Notes: generated by a model from the sequence alone, not told the origin. DNA of 64,000 nucleotides from a virus (IMGVR_UViG_3300038856_000064:111149-175148), one strand, 5' to 3'. Positions 30,521 through 38,176 are shown, counted from the first letter of the stretch. Numbers and translations: made by a program.

Positions 30521-30964
30521 ATGGCAACGGCAACACAAATCAATCTGACCGAGGCGTTCGACGCGAAGCGCGATGCGTACGCAGTCAGACAAGGCGCGTT
30601 CGTCCTAACAGGCGATGTCGTCCTAATCGGCGATGCGCTCGAAACGTGGCAATTCATCCGCGGTCTAGGCGGTCGGACGTTCCGCGTAGTCTACGTCTGT
30701 AAGGATGGCACGGTCCGAGACTTGATCGGACGACAAGGCGTTCACGACAGCGAACAAGACGGAGCGGTGCAGGGTATCGGTCACGCGATGACAGACCCGA
30801 ACCGTCTCAATCTGAGCTTTTGGACCTACGCTCACGGGAAAAAGGTCAACACCGGATCGGGCAAGGGATACCGCACCTTGCGCGCGGCTGGCATTCTCGC
30901 GATTCGATGCGAAGGTCACGACATTCTGACCCAAGCGGGATACGATGCAATCCGAGGCAACTAG
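30521..30964 (+). CDS. SH3/WYL-like (DUF2693-type) domain protein
   Basis: FRVVYVCKDGTVRDL..YRTL; similar to 36175..36480. Confidence 0.55.
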   Translation: MATATQINLTEAFDAKRDAYAVRQGAFVLTGDVVLIGDALETWQFIRGLGGRTFRVVYVCKDGTVRDLIGRQGVHDSEQDGAVQGIGHAMTDPNRLNLSFWTYAHGKKVNTGSGKGYRTLRAAGILAIRCEGHDILTQAGYDAIRGN

Positions 30965-30965
30965 A

Positions 30966-31181
30966 ATGCGACTGACAAGCTACGGTACAATCAAGGTCCG
31001 AGAGTACGACGTCCGCCACACTAACGGTGGACAGTGGTACGTCTCTCGGGAGGGACGCGACGTAGGCTATGCCGATACGCTAGCCGACGTCGATGCGTTG
31101 ATAGCTCACGACGTGGAACACCCGAGGAACACCGTTAGTACGGTGCGGCAAACCACGGGCGGATGGCGACAAATCGACTAA
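30966..31181 (+). CDS. Hypothetical early protein
   Basis: Coupled ORF. Confidence 0.55.
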   Translation: MRLTSYGTIKVREYDVRHTNGGQWYVSREGRDVGYADTLADVDALIAHDVEHPRNTVSTVRQTTGGWRQID

Positions 31182-31186
31182 AAAGC

Positions 31187-31214
31187 TCAGGCTTCCGGAG
31201 CACCTAGCCGATAA
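31187..31214 (+). promoter_or_regulatory. sigma28-type promoter (GCCGATAA, weaker -35)
   Basis: Shares CACCTAGCCGATAAGG with the 30500 copy. Confidence 0.55.
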
Positions 31215-31237
31215 GGCTAGTAACAGGAGGGAACGCA

Positions 31238-31567
31238 ATGGACAAGGGATACGTCTTCAAGCTCGCGCCGGGAATCTTCGGAATCCTCACGTACCGCCCG
31301 ACGACGGAAACGCTCTGCCGGATCATCGACACCGAAAACGTCTACGTGGCGTGCGCTATGCTCGCGCAAGAGTTCTCGGGAACGTTCGTGCCGGCGGACT
31401 CGGACCAAGTCGCATGGGCGAAGGTCGGCGCCACGTCCTACAGAGTTCTGCGCGACGCTGCCCGATGCTACAACGGTGGATGGTTACACCGATGGTCTGC
31501 CGATACAAGCTGGCAGTGTCCCGATTGCGGAAACTACCAGGACGGATTCCAACCGGATCGGAGGTAA
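31238..31567 (+). CDS. Hypothetical Zn-ribbon protein
   Basis: AGGAGG RBS; C-terminal WQCPDCG. Confidence 0.65.
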   Translation: MDKGYVFKLAPGIFGILTYRPTTETLCRIIDTENVYVACAMLAQEFSGTFVPADSDQVAWAKVGATSYRVLRDAARCYNGGWLHRWSADTSWQCPDCGNYQDGFQPDRR

Positions 31568-31704
31568 TCTAATGGGTCTGTACATGATTACCGTTAGCGT
31601 CGGCTGGATTCTCGGATGTTTCGGCGCTATTTGGTTTCTGTCGCGAGCGTTCGCGGTCGGCGATGACGACTGACACCTAGAGCAAATCCCGAGCCAAACC
31701 CCTA

Positions 31705-31742
31705 GGGGCGGCACAATCCTCCGGTGTCGCCCCTTTTCTTTT
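31705..31742 (+). terminator. Intrinsic terminator
   Basis: GGGGCGGCAC/GTGTCGCCCC + TTTTCTTTT. Confidence 0.85.
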
Positions 31743-31880
31743 CAGGATCGGAAAGAATCTTCGATTCTCCCCGATCCTTTTGTACGCTCGCAGATTGGCA
31801 CAGCCAATCCGCTCGCGCATGCCGCCACATATAGCAAAAGACTTTGACTTCTCATATCGGGATTACCTATAGCCTTTCGT

Positions 31881-31908
31881 TTGACATCTAGAAAGTTTAT
31901 GGTATACT
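31881..31908 (+). promoter_or_regulatory. sigma70-type early promoter TTGACA-N16-TATACT
   Basis: Consensus with extended TG; ATG 5 nt after the -10. Confidence 0.8.
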
Positions 31909-31913
31909 GTCAT

Positions 31914-32276
31914 ATGGACATCATCGAATTCCACGGCATCGGAATCGAATTCACCTACTACGGAGCCGAACGCTACGGAGCCGAACGCGGGCGCCCCACG
32001 TACGCGACCCTCGACGACTACTACGTCTCAAATTGGGACGATTTCGCCGCACATTGGAGTGCAACCCGCTGGTTCGGGCCGACTCTCCAGGCGATGCTCG
32101 ACACCATCGTTGACGAGTTCGCCGATAAGATCGAACAGGAGGCAATCGACTGCTCGCAGGAGCCCGAGCCCGAGTACGACCCGTACGAAGACAGCGACTA
32201 CGACTACGACGATGGTCCGTCATGTACGGGTGGAGACTACTGGCGGAATGACGCTGGTGAGTGGAGACTCGGATAA
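31914..32276 (+). CDS. Acidic hypothetical early protein (leaderless)
   Basis: Asp/Glu/Tyr-rich C-terminus. Confidence 0.65.
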   Translation: MDIIEFHGIGIEFTYYGAERYGAERGRPTYATLDDYYVSNWDDFAAHWSATRWFGPTLQAMLDTIVDEFADKIEQEAIDCSQEPEPEYDPYEDSDYDYDDGPSCTGGDYWRNDAGEWRLG

Positions 32277-32398
32277 TCCGGACATCTAGAGATGCGCGCG
32301 GAACACCGCGCCCTCTCGGGCTTGCGGGCGACATATCGGGCGAATATTTGACTTCTAAAATTGACTACTAGCAGGTTTTGTGATATCCTTTCACTGAA

Positions 32399-32650
32399 AT
32401 GAGCAGAACCAGACGCAAGATTCCCCCGGAATGGTCAGATGCTGAGTGGATCGATGGTTACGATCCCGCTCGCGACCACGACAGTTACGGGCGACATATC
32501 CCGAACTACTTGAAGCGATATATCGGGATCGGATCGGACAACTACGGGTGTGCCTGTTGCTTTCCGGGTCCGAAGTCTCGTAAAGAGAAGATTCGGTCCG
32601 CCAAACGCAAGGAAAAGCGGGAAGCAATGAAACAGATTCTCGACATCTAG
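32399..32650 (+). CDS. Basic hypothetical early protein
   Basis: GCACC motif and Arg/Lys-rich tail. Confidence 0.6.
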   Translation: MSRTRRKIPPEWSDAEWIDGYDPARDHDSYGRHIPNYLKRYIGIGSDNYGCACCFPGPKSRKEKIRSAKRKEKREAMKQILDI

Positions 32651-32673
32651 AAAAGATTGTGATATACTTCAGC

Positions 32674-32877
32674 ATGAACGCCACGAAACAGATCGACTGG
32701 AATGCGGTCGAAAAACGTGCCGCCGAAATGTCGACGCTTTCGCTCCGCTTCGCCCTAGTGGACATCCACGAAACTCTCCCCCATGCCGACGATCTCGATA
32801 GACTGGACGGTGGCAATCGCGGTGGATACTATCGCGATGAGGCTTCGATCTACTGGCGTGAATTGAAAAAACGGTAA
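32674..32877 (+). CDS. Hypothetical early protein (leaderless)
   Basis: TATACT-N5-ATG; ends GYYRDE..Y..ELKKR. Confidence 0.65.
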   Translation: MNATKQIDWNAVEKRAAEMSTLSLRFALVDIHETLPHADDLDRLDGGNRGGYYRDEASIYWRELKKR

Positions 32878-32919
32878 GATTCCATTTGACATCTAGATGG
32901 TCTGAGGTATCATACTTCT

Positions 32920-33099
32920 ATGACGAACGATACACATAACGGCCTGACCTTCAAGCAATGGCTTGCGAAGGTCGACGAGATCCTGACTCGCGAAATCGGA
33001 ATCTCGCATGCAGACATCGCCCGTCACCTAGCAAAAGCAGAGGTACAAGAGCGTTTCGGATACGAAGCCGATGCGATCGACGATTGCGACTTCGACTAG
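32920..33099 (+). CDS. 59-aa hypothetical early protein (leaderless)
   Basis: Not in the track; follows TTGACA promoter at 32886; MTNDTHNGLTFKQWLAKVDEIL... Confidence 0.6.
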   Translation: MTNDTHNGLTFKQWLAKVDEILTREIGISHADIARHLAKAEVQERFGYEADAIDDCDFD

Positions 33100-33127
33100 G
33101 AACATCGGGTAGATAATTCTGCCCACT

Positions 33128-33160
33128 AGCCTCGGGGAGAAGGGACCCCTGGGGCTTTTT
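33128..33160 (+). terminator. Intrinsic terminator
   Basis: AGCCTCGGGG/CCCTGGGGCT + TTTT. Confidence 0.75.
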
Positions 33161-33257
33161 GTGTACAGCGCGACAACTCGCGCTTGCCTCCGACATATCG
33201 CGAAAGTATTTGACTGCTAAATTTGACTTCTGGGGAAGTTTGTGATACACTTAGATA

Positions 33258-33628
33258 TGGAAAAGCTCACAGCGCAAAACGTCGCGGACATCGCCTATCG
33301 CTACTATGCGAATGGTGGAAAATCTGGACACACTCCGGGAGACCGTTCGCCTGATGGGTGCACGTATTTCCGCTCCGATGGCGGTCGGTGTGCGATCGGT
33401 GCGGTACTGGATCACTTGGGGTATACTAAAAAGGATCTGGGCGATCACAATGAGCTGACTACGGTCTCGATGCTTTTCGACGAACTACCCGGTATCCGCG
33501 AAAAATTCAGTTGCGATGTCGAATTTCTGGAAAGTCTCCAGCGAGCGCACGACGGATCAGAACGCGACGATGAAATTCCGGAACGAATCCGCTGGACTTG
33601 TCGCGATCACGGAGTATACTTGAGATAA
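33258..33628 (+). CDS. Conserved phage hypothetical protein (CxY...RCAIG...LQxAHD)
   Basis: Motifs as named; leaderless start. Confidence 0.65.
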
Positions 33629-33676
33629 CTTCAAAGCACCTAGAGGCGGAACTAGGCTAAATCCGCATTTCTTTTA

Positions 33677-33789
33677 GGGGTAGATAGGTTTTTGACATCT
33701 AGAATACGGTTTGGATACCAGCCGCGAAAAGCCCAACGCAAAAACGCGGTTTGTCTAGATGGACCCGAGTTCAATTCTCGGCTACTCCA
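33677..33789 (+). ncRNA. Mini tmRNA-like RNA 1 (tRNA-like domain only, 113 nt)
   Basis: Acceptor GGGGTAG/CTACTCC-A with G3:U wobble; D-loop ATAGGTTTTTGAC; helix CATCTAGA/TCTAGATG; GAC linker; T-arm CCGAG-TTCAATT-CTCGG. Confidence 0.8.
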
Positions 33790-33796
33790 TAAATTC

Positions 33797-33899
33797 GTTA
33801 GAGCGCGACATATTGGAATAGTAAGGTTCGCACAAACTTACTAGGACAATGGTGCGGGGCGGTGTGCGCCGCAAGTAGGTTCGATTCCTACCTCTAACA
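33797..33899 (+). ncRNA. tRNA-like RNA without a canonical anticodon arm (103 nt)
   Basis: 7-bp acceptor GTTAGAG/CTCTAAC-A; T-arm GTAGG-TTCGATT-CCTAC; long internal hairpin. Confidence 0.7.
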
Positions 33900-34014
33900 T
33901 AAATTCGGGAAGTGTTGAAATAACGACTAGTGGTACCAACCGCTATGGTGTAAAGTCTTATAAGGGCTGAGCACACCCGAAACTTCTTACACGTTAGCTG
34001 TCAACACAATTTGA

Positions 34015-34067
34015 GAGCCCTGACCCGAGTAGCTTAGAAATAGGCTTCTGGAGTTAGGGCTTTTTTT
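34015..34067 (+). terminator. Terminator closing the first ncRNA array
   Basis: AGCCCTGAC/GTTAGGGCT + T-tract. Confidence 0.8.
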
Positions 34068-34214
34068 ATCTGATACACCCGAGCCTCTCGGGCATGCTTC
34101 CGACATATCGAGAAAAGGTTTGACTTTCTGACACCTAGATAAGAAGTGAGAGTATACTTTCAACATGACCGAACACAGGAACTCATCGACGAACTGTGGT
34201 GAGTGGAATTCAGC

Positions 34215-34242
34215 TTGACAACTAGAACAACTAGGGTATACT
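34215..34242 (+). promoter_or_regulatory. sigma70-type promoter for the second ncRNA unit
   Basis: TTGACA-N16-TATACT. Confidence 0.75.
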
Positions 34243-34386
34243 TCTCCATGCGAAAGATCAAAGCGCCTACTGGCCGTAGGAAAAGGGCGCGATAACATAA
34301 ATACCTCCTATGCGGCATACCGGGTTTCCGGTACCCCGACGAAAAGAGTAGCCAGATATATCGGGGTTTGATAACTCTGGCAATAA

Positions 34387-34454
34387 GGGAGTGACAGGTT
34401 TAGGCAACTAGTGAATACTATGTTGTAACGTGGGTTCGATTCCCACCACTTCCA
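34387..34454 (+). ncRNA. Mini tmRNA-like RNA 2 (tRNA-like domain only, 68 nt)
   Basis: Acceptor GGGAGTG/CACTTCC-A with G3:U; D-loop ACAGGTTTAG; closed 9-bp helix with GAAT loop; AAC linker; T-arm GTGGG-TTCGATT-CCCAC. Confidence 0.78.
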
Positions 34455-34769
34455 TAAAGCCCTAGGTGGACGCAAGTCGCATACTAGGTTGATACTGCCG
34501 GTTTGGGTTATACCGGAGGAAGGTTCAACCTAGGGTGGTAACCTTGACCGGACCAAGCTAGATGGTCAAAATAACCACTTTTTACCTCAGGTGATACACC
34601 CGATCCTCTCTGCCATGCCGCGCGCATATCGCAACTATATCAGACACCTCCTCCCCTCCTCAAGTATATCGCAACCCTGGAGAAAAGTCAAGTATTATTT
34701 TGAGAACATCTAGGTGCTTTTCCACCCTGCTTTTCTTGCCATCTTCGACAAGTCATGTATACTTAGGGC

Positions 34770-35048
34770 ATGAGCAAGAACAACACGAACATCGGGAAGT
34801 TTCTCACCGATCTGGCAAGCAAGGCATCTCCGCTGAACGCGCAAGCTATCGCGGACTTGCAAGACAAGATGCGCGCAGAGAAGGTAGTGGAATTGGAGCG
34901 CAGGATCCGTCACGTTCTGAAATGCATCAACACCGAAGTCACCGAACTGCGTACCCTCCGCAAGCGTGAGGCGGAGACCAAAAAGCGCATCAAGGATTTG
35001 GAGAAGCTCGCGAACGACATCGTCACCGGAAAGGACATCGACGACTAG
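34770..35048 (+). CDS. Coiled-coil early protein (leaderless)
   Basis: TTGCCA-N16-TATACT promoter; hammerhead directly after the stop. Confidence 0.7.
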   Translation: MSKNNTNIGKFLTDLASKASPLNAQAIADLQDKMRAEKVVELERRIRHVLKCINTEVTELRTLRKREAETKKRIKDLEKLANDIVTGKDIDD

Positions 35049-35050
35049 CC

Positions 35051-35113
35051 TGTTATACTGACGAGATCCGGGCAAAAGGATCGAAACTAGGCATAGCCTA
35101 GTCTATAATGCCT
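35051..35113 (+). ncRNA. Type I hammerhead ribozyme
   Basis: Core CTGACGA (35058-64), stem II GATCC/GGATC, GAAA, stem III CTAGGC/GCCTAG, GTC cleavage site (after 35103), stem I TTATA/TATAA, loop-II pseudoknot GGGCA/TGCCT. Confidence 0.92.
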
Positions 35114-35250
35114 ATAAAATGGGGGTTTGACCAAGTGCTAAGTGCCAAAATGGTTGAATCCCGTGCCAGTGACATTATCGTTCAATAGTGTCCAGTGCAA
35201 AAGCAGACAACTAGAGTCTCGGGTGCCAGTCACCTGAGGCTCTTTCGTTT
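35104..35250 (+). ncRNA. Putative sRNA with five GUGCHA motifs, released by the hammerhead
   Basis: Three hairpins, no ORF, ends in terminator AGAGTCTCGGGTG/CACCTGAGGCTCT-TTCGTTT. Confidence 0.55.
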
Positions 35251-35567
35251 ATACACCGAAACAACTCGCGCTTGCCTGCCAAACATATTTTATATCAGCG
35301 AGACTCGCCCCTCCTAAGTATATCATAAGATAGGGGAATGTCAAGAACAACTAGAATAAATATTAGCACGATACCCTACCGCGCACGTACGCGCGAATAT
35401 CACAAGATCCGCAATTTGTCAAGCTCGTAAGAGATATTTTCTCAGAATGATTTCTAGGTGATTTTGGATCCATTCACTTGCTTTTCGTTCGAACTAGGGT
35501 ATATTGATTGTGGCTAGCGCAACGGAGCGCATAAGCAAACACAAAACCCGAACACGAGGATACAAGA

Positions 35568-36113
35568 ATGGACGAACAGAACATCACCACCGACGACGTC
35601 GAAAACTTCGATGTCACCGAACAGAACGACGACAGGCAACGACGCGAGCGGAGAACGCCAGCTCAGATTATCGCCGATTTGGAAGCCGAGATTGCGGCAC
35701 GAAAGGCCGCTCTGGACGGCAAGATCGATACGAGTACCGAGCACGGTCTCGGCAAGGCTCTGCGGAACGCACGACGCAAGCGCAATACCGCGCTGAAGGC
35801 CGCACAGGTCATCGTCGAAGGAATCCCCGCCAGCGACGGTAAGGGCTGGACTCGCAAACCGATGTCCGAGACGATCAAAAACACCGAAAAGCGCTTGGAG
35901 TCGCAACGCGAGACTCTGAACCGAGCGGAGTACCAGCGCGCCGATCTGCCGACGTGGATCGCTCGCCTGGACTCTCTCCTGGAAGCCCTCGAAAGGGGCG
36001 ACGACGTCGAATTCCCGCGCGATATGCCGCCCCTCGAAAATGAGAAGGACCGCTCTGCCGAGGAGCACGAGGCGGCTTTCTACGCGAAGAGTCAGGAAGG
36101 CGACGACGCCTGA
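35568..36113 (+). CDS. Charged coiled-coil early protein
   Basis: GAGGA RBS, strong codon bias, terminator follows. Confidence 0.75.
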   Translation: MDEQNITTDDVENFDVTEQNDDRQRRERRTPAQIIADLEAEIAARKAALDGKIDTSTEHGLGKALRNARRKRNTALKAAQVIVEGIPASDGKGWTRKPMSETIKNTEKRLESQRETLNRAEYQRADLPTWIARLDSLLEALERGDDVEFPRDMPPLENEKDRSAEEHEAAFYAKSQEGDDA

Positions 36114-36121
36114 TCCCCTGG

Positions 36122-36157
36122 GGGAGTCTCTATAAGGGACTCCCATTCTCTTTTTTT
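36122..36157 (+). terminator. Intrinsic terminator
   Basis: GGGAGTCTCT/AGGGACTCCC + T-tract. Confidence 0.75.
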
Positions 36158-36174
36158 GTGTGGTATACTTAGGT

Positions 36175-36480
36175 ATGCAAACGACAACTAGACAACGGAC
36201 CGTATCGCGAATCGGCTTACACCGCGCGACGCAATTCCTCTGGAATGAAACGCAAGGGCTGATCTTTTCGTGCTACTTTCGCAAGAAGGACGGCACGATG
36301 CGCGAGATGGTCTGCCGACGCGGTGTCAAAAAGCATTTACGCGGCGGATCGCTCCCCTACGACGCAAAGGCAAACAATCTACTGCCAGTGTTCGATATGA
36401 CTCTCGGCGAGTACCGAACGGTAAATCTCGCCACTCTGGTTTCCTTCAATTTCGGTGACGAAACTTTCGTTGTAATGTAG
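36175..36480 (+). CDS. SH3/WYL-like (DUF2693-type) protein
   Basis: FSCYFRKKDGTMREM..VFDM..EYRTVN. Confidence 0.7.
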   Translation: MQTTTRQRTVSRIGLHRATQFLWNETQGLIFSCYFRKKDGTMREMVCRRGVKKHLRGGSLPYDAKANNLLPVFDMTLGEYRTVNLATLVSFNFGDETFVVM

Positions 36481-36512
36481 CGCCCTCATTCTATCATCCG
36501 AGAATGCTGGTG

Positions 36513-36568
36513 TGCCGGAGGCGGTTGTTCTTTCCAGAGATCATCCCCGTCTCCGGCATTTTTTGTTT
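36513..36568 (+). terminator. Intrinsic terminator
   Basis: TGCCGGAGGCGG/CCGTCTCCGGCA + TTTTTT. Confidence 0.8.
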
Positions 36569-36674
36569 GAAACAGCGCGACAACTCGCGCTATGCCTGCC
36601 ACATATCGTCCTATAATGAGACACGTTTTGACCACCTAATTTGACATCTAGATGATTTTGGGGTATACTAAATC

Positions 36675-37016
36675 ATGCAAGATAAGAACAAATGGCATCG
36701 GCGCACTACGGCGTTTATGGGACAAGTCGCAAAGGAACTCGGTATCCCGAGAAACAAACGCACAATCCACTCAAATAAAGGTGGAAATGCGGTAGGTGGC
36801 GAAGTGACGATGAGCGCACCGGAATTCGGTGTATACGTTCACCTAACGTGCCCAGTCAATTCCTACGGTATGGAAGATCGGATCGGAAGCAACTACGTAC
36901 GACGAGCAACGGCAGACGATCCCTACGGTACCGCGATCGACAAACAAAACCATTTTCTCACTACTCAACTAAACCCGACAGAGATAGCTGATTTTTGTAG
37001 AAAGATCGTCACCTAG
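36675..37016 (+). CDS. Conserved hypothetical protein (SNKGGxAVxGEVT motif)
   Basis: TTGACA-N17-TATACT promoter at 36641; leaderless. Confidence 0.7.
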   Translation: MQDKNKWHRRTTAFMGQVAKELGIPRNKRTIHSNKGGNAVGGEVTMSAPEFGVYVHLTCPVNSYGMEDRIGSNYVRRATADDPYGTAIDKQNHFLTTQLNPTEIADFCRKIVT

Positions 37017-37039
37017 ATAATCTTGGGGTATACTTACGC

Positions 37040-37231
37040 ATGACTACCCTTTACACTCTAGTAGAAATTCGTCCGAACGGACACGAAACCGAGCTTTACC
37101 TCGGAACGAAACTGAAGGACGGGACCCGAACCAAGTATACGGTAGATGGTAATATTGCCTACCAGACCCAAAAGAAGTGGGAAGAGGCAAATCCAAACTA
37201 CCGATACGAAGTTAGACTAATGAACATCTAG
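37040..37231 (+). CDS. Hypothetical protein (leaderless)
   Basis: TATACT-N5-ATG. Confidence 0.6.
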   Translation: MTTLYTLVEIRPNGHETELYLGTKLKDGTRTKYTVDGNIAYQTQKKWEEANPNYRYEVRLMNI

Positions 37232-37238
37232 AGGAATC

Positions 37239-37703
37239 ATGACAGAACGCGTACAAGCTGCCAGGAAGATCACGCACGACACTTTGGCCGAATACGATCT
37301 ATACGATCGGGGTTGGCGATTCAAGCTAACCCGCGGCAAGAACACTCTTGGATGGTGCAACTATAAGGATAAGACGATCGGCATTTCGTCTCACCTTATC
37401 GAGAACGGCACGATCGAGGAAATCGCAAACACGATCATTCACGAAATTGCCCACGCCAGAACTCCCGGCGAGAATCACGGATGGAAGTGGCGAGCAGTCG
37501 CTAGGGAAATGGGTCTGAAAAATCCGGGTCCATATACGAAAATCTCTTACGAACTACCGCATAAATACGAACTTAGGTGCGGTGTTCATGGCACTATCGA
37601 AAAGCGCCACCGACGTAGCAAACCCGAAAAACTTGCTAGGATCTATTGCCGAAAGTGTGGATCTGGCAGTGTCGGAACCCTTAGGCTTGTGGAGGTCAAC
37701 TAG
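37239..37703 (+). CDS. SprT-like zinc metalloprotease
   Basis: LGWC, HEIAH, HGWKW, C-terminal Zn ribbon. Confidence 0.9.
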   Translation: MTERVQAARKITHDTLAEYDLYDRGWRFKLTRGKNTLGWCNYKDKTIGISSHLIENGTIEEIANTIIHEIAHARTPGENHGWKWRAVAREMGLKNPGPYTKISYELPHKYELRCGVHGTIEKRHRRSKPEKLARIYCRKCGSGSVGTLRLVEVN

Positions 37704-37988
37704 ATGGATATCGACGACATTTTTCCCCCTGAAGATCAATGGAAGCGCGAAGCAGACTTCCGGCACCATATCGAGCAGAAAAATCAAATGGACGATTTAC
37801 TCTGCGGCGCTATTGATCCGATCAAGGTCGGTGACCGAGTTATGTATCGAGAGGATACAAGTCTAGGTGCCGGTACAATCATTCACATTGCCCTATCGAG
37901 ATACCCTTATAGGGTACGATGGGATGACGATAGTTACGTGGATATTGTAGACTGGTACTACGGAGACCAACTAATCAAAGCTACGTAA
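37704..37988 (+). CDS. SH3-like hypothetical protein
   Basis: KVGDRV...YRVRWDD. Confidence 0.55.
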   Translation: MDIDDIFPPEDQWKREADFRHHIEQKNQMDDLLCGAIDPIKVGDRVMYREDTSLGAGTIIHIALSRYPYRVRWDDDSYVDIVDWYYGDQLIKAT

Positions 37989-38176
37989 TGAATAGGCGCG
38001 AGACACCGCGCCTACTCTGCCTTGCCGCCCACATATCGCCATATATAGCGAAGCCTGCCCCTCCCTTCTATTATACCACGGGGAATCAGAAAAGCAACTA
38101 GAAAATAAGGAAATCTAAGGTCGGGATTCCTAGGTGCTTCACTTGCCATTCTCAGCATCGTGCGGTATACTTCGAC

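Noticed and set aside
33692-33720. TTGACATCTAGA inside mini-tmRNA 1 as just another early promoter
   Set aside because: No good -10 at 16-17 nt; the surrounding acceptor, T-arm and helix pairing explain the sequence better
33967-33983. Second hammerhead at CTGAGCA...GAAAC
   Set aside because: Core is not CUGANGA and the stems do not form
33677-34454. Canonical tRNA genes or a full-length/permuted tmRNA
   Set aside because: No 5-bp stem with 7-nt anticodon loop; both acceptor strands are in normal order within 68-113 nt, leaving no room for a tag ORF and pseudoknot ring
34513-34523. SRP-RNA-like CCGGAGGAAGG
   Set aside because: Lacks the CAGG/GGAA-tetraloop/AGCA helix-8 arrangement
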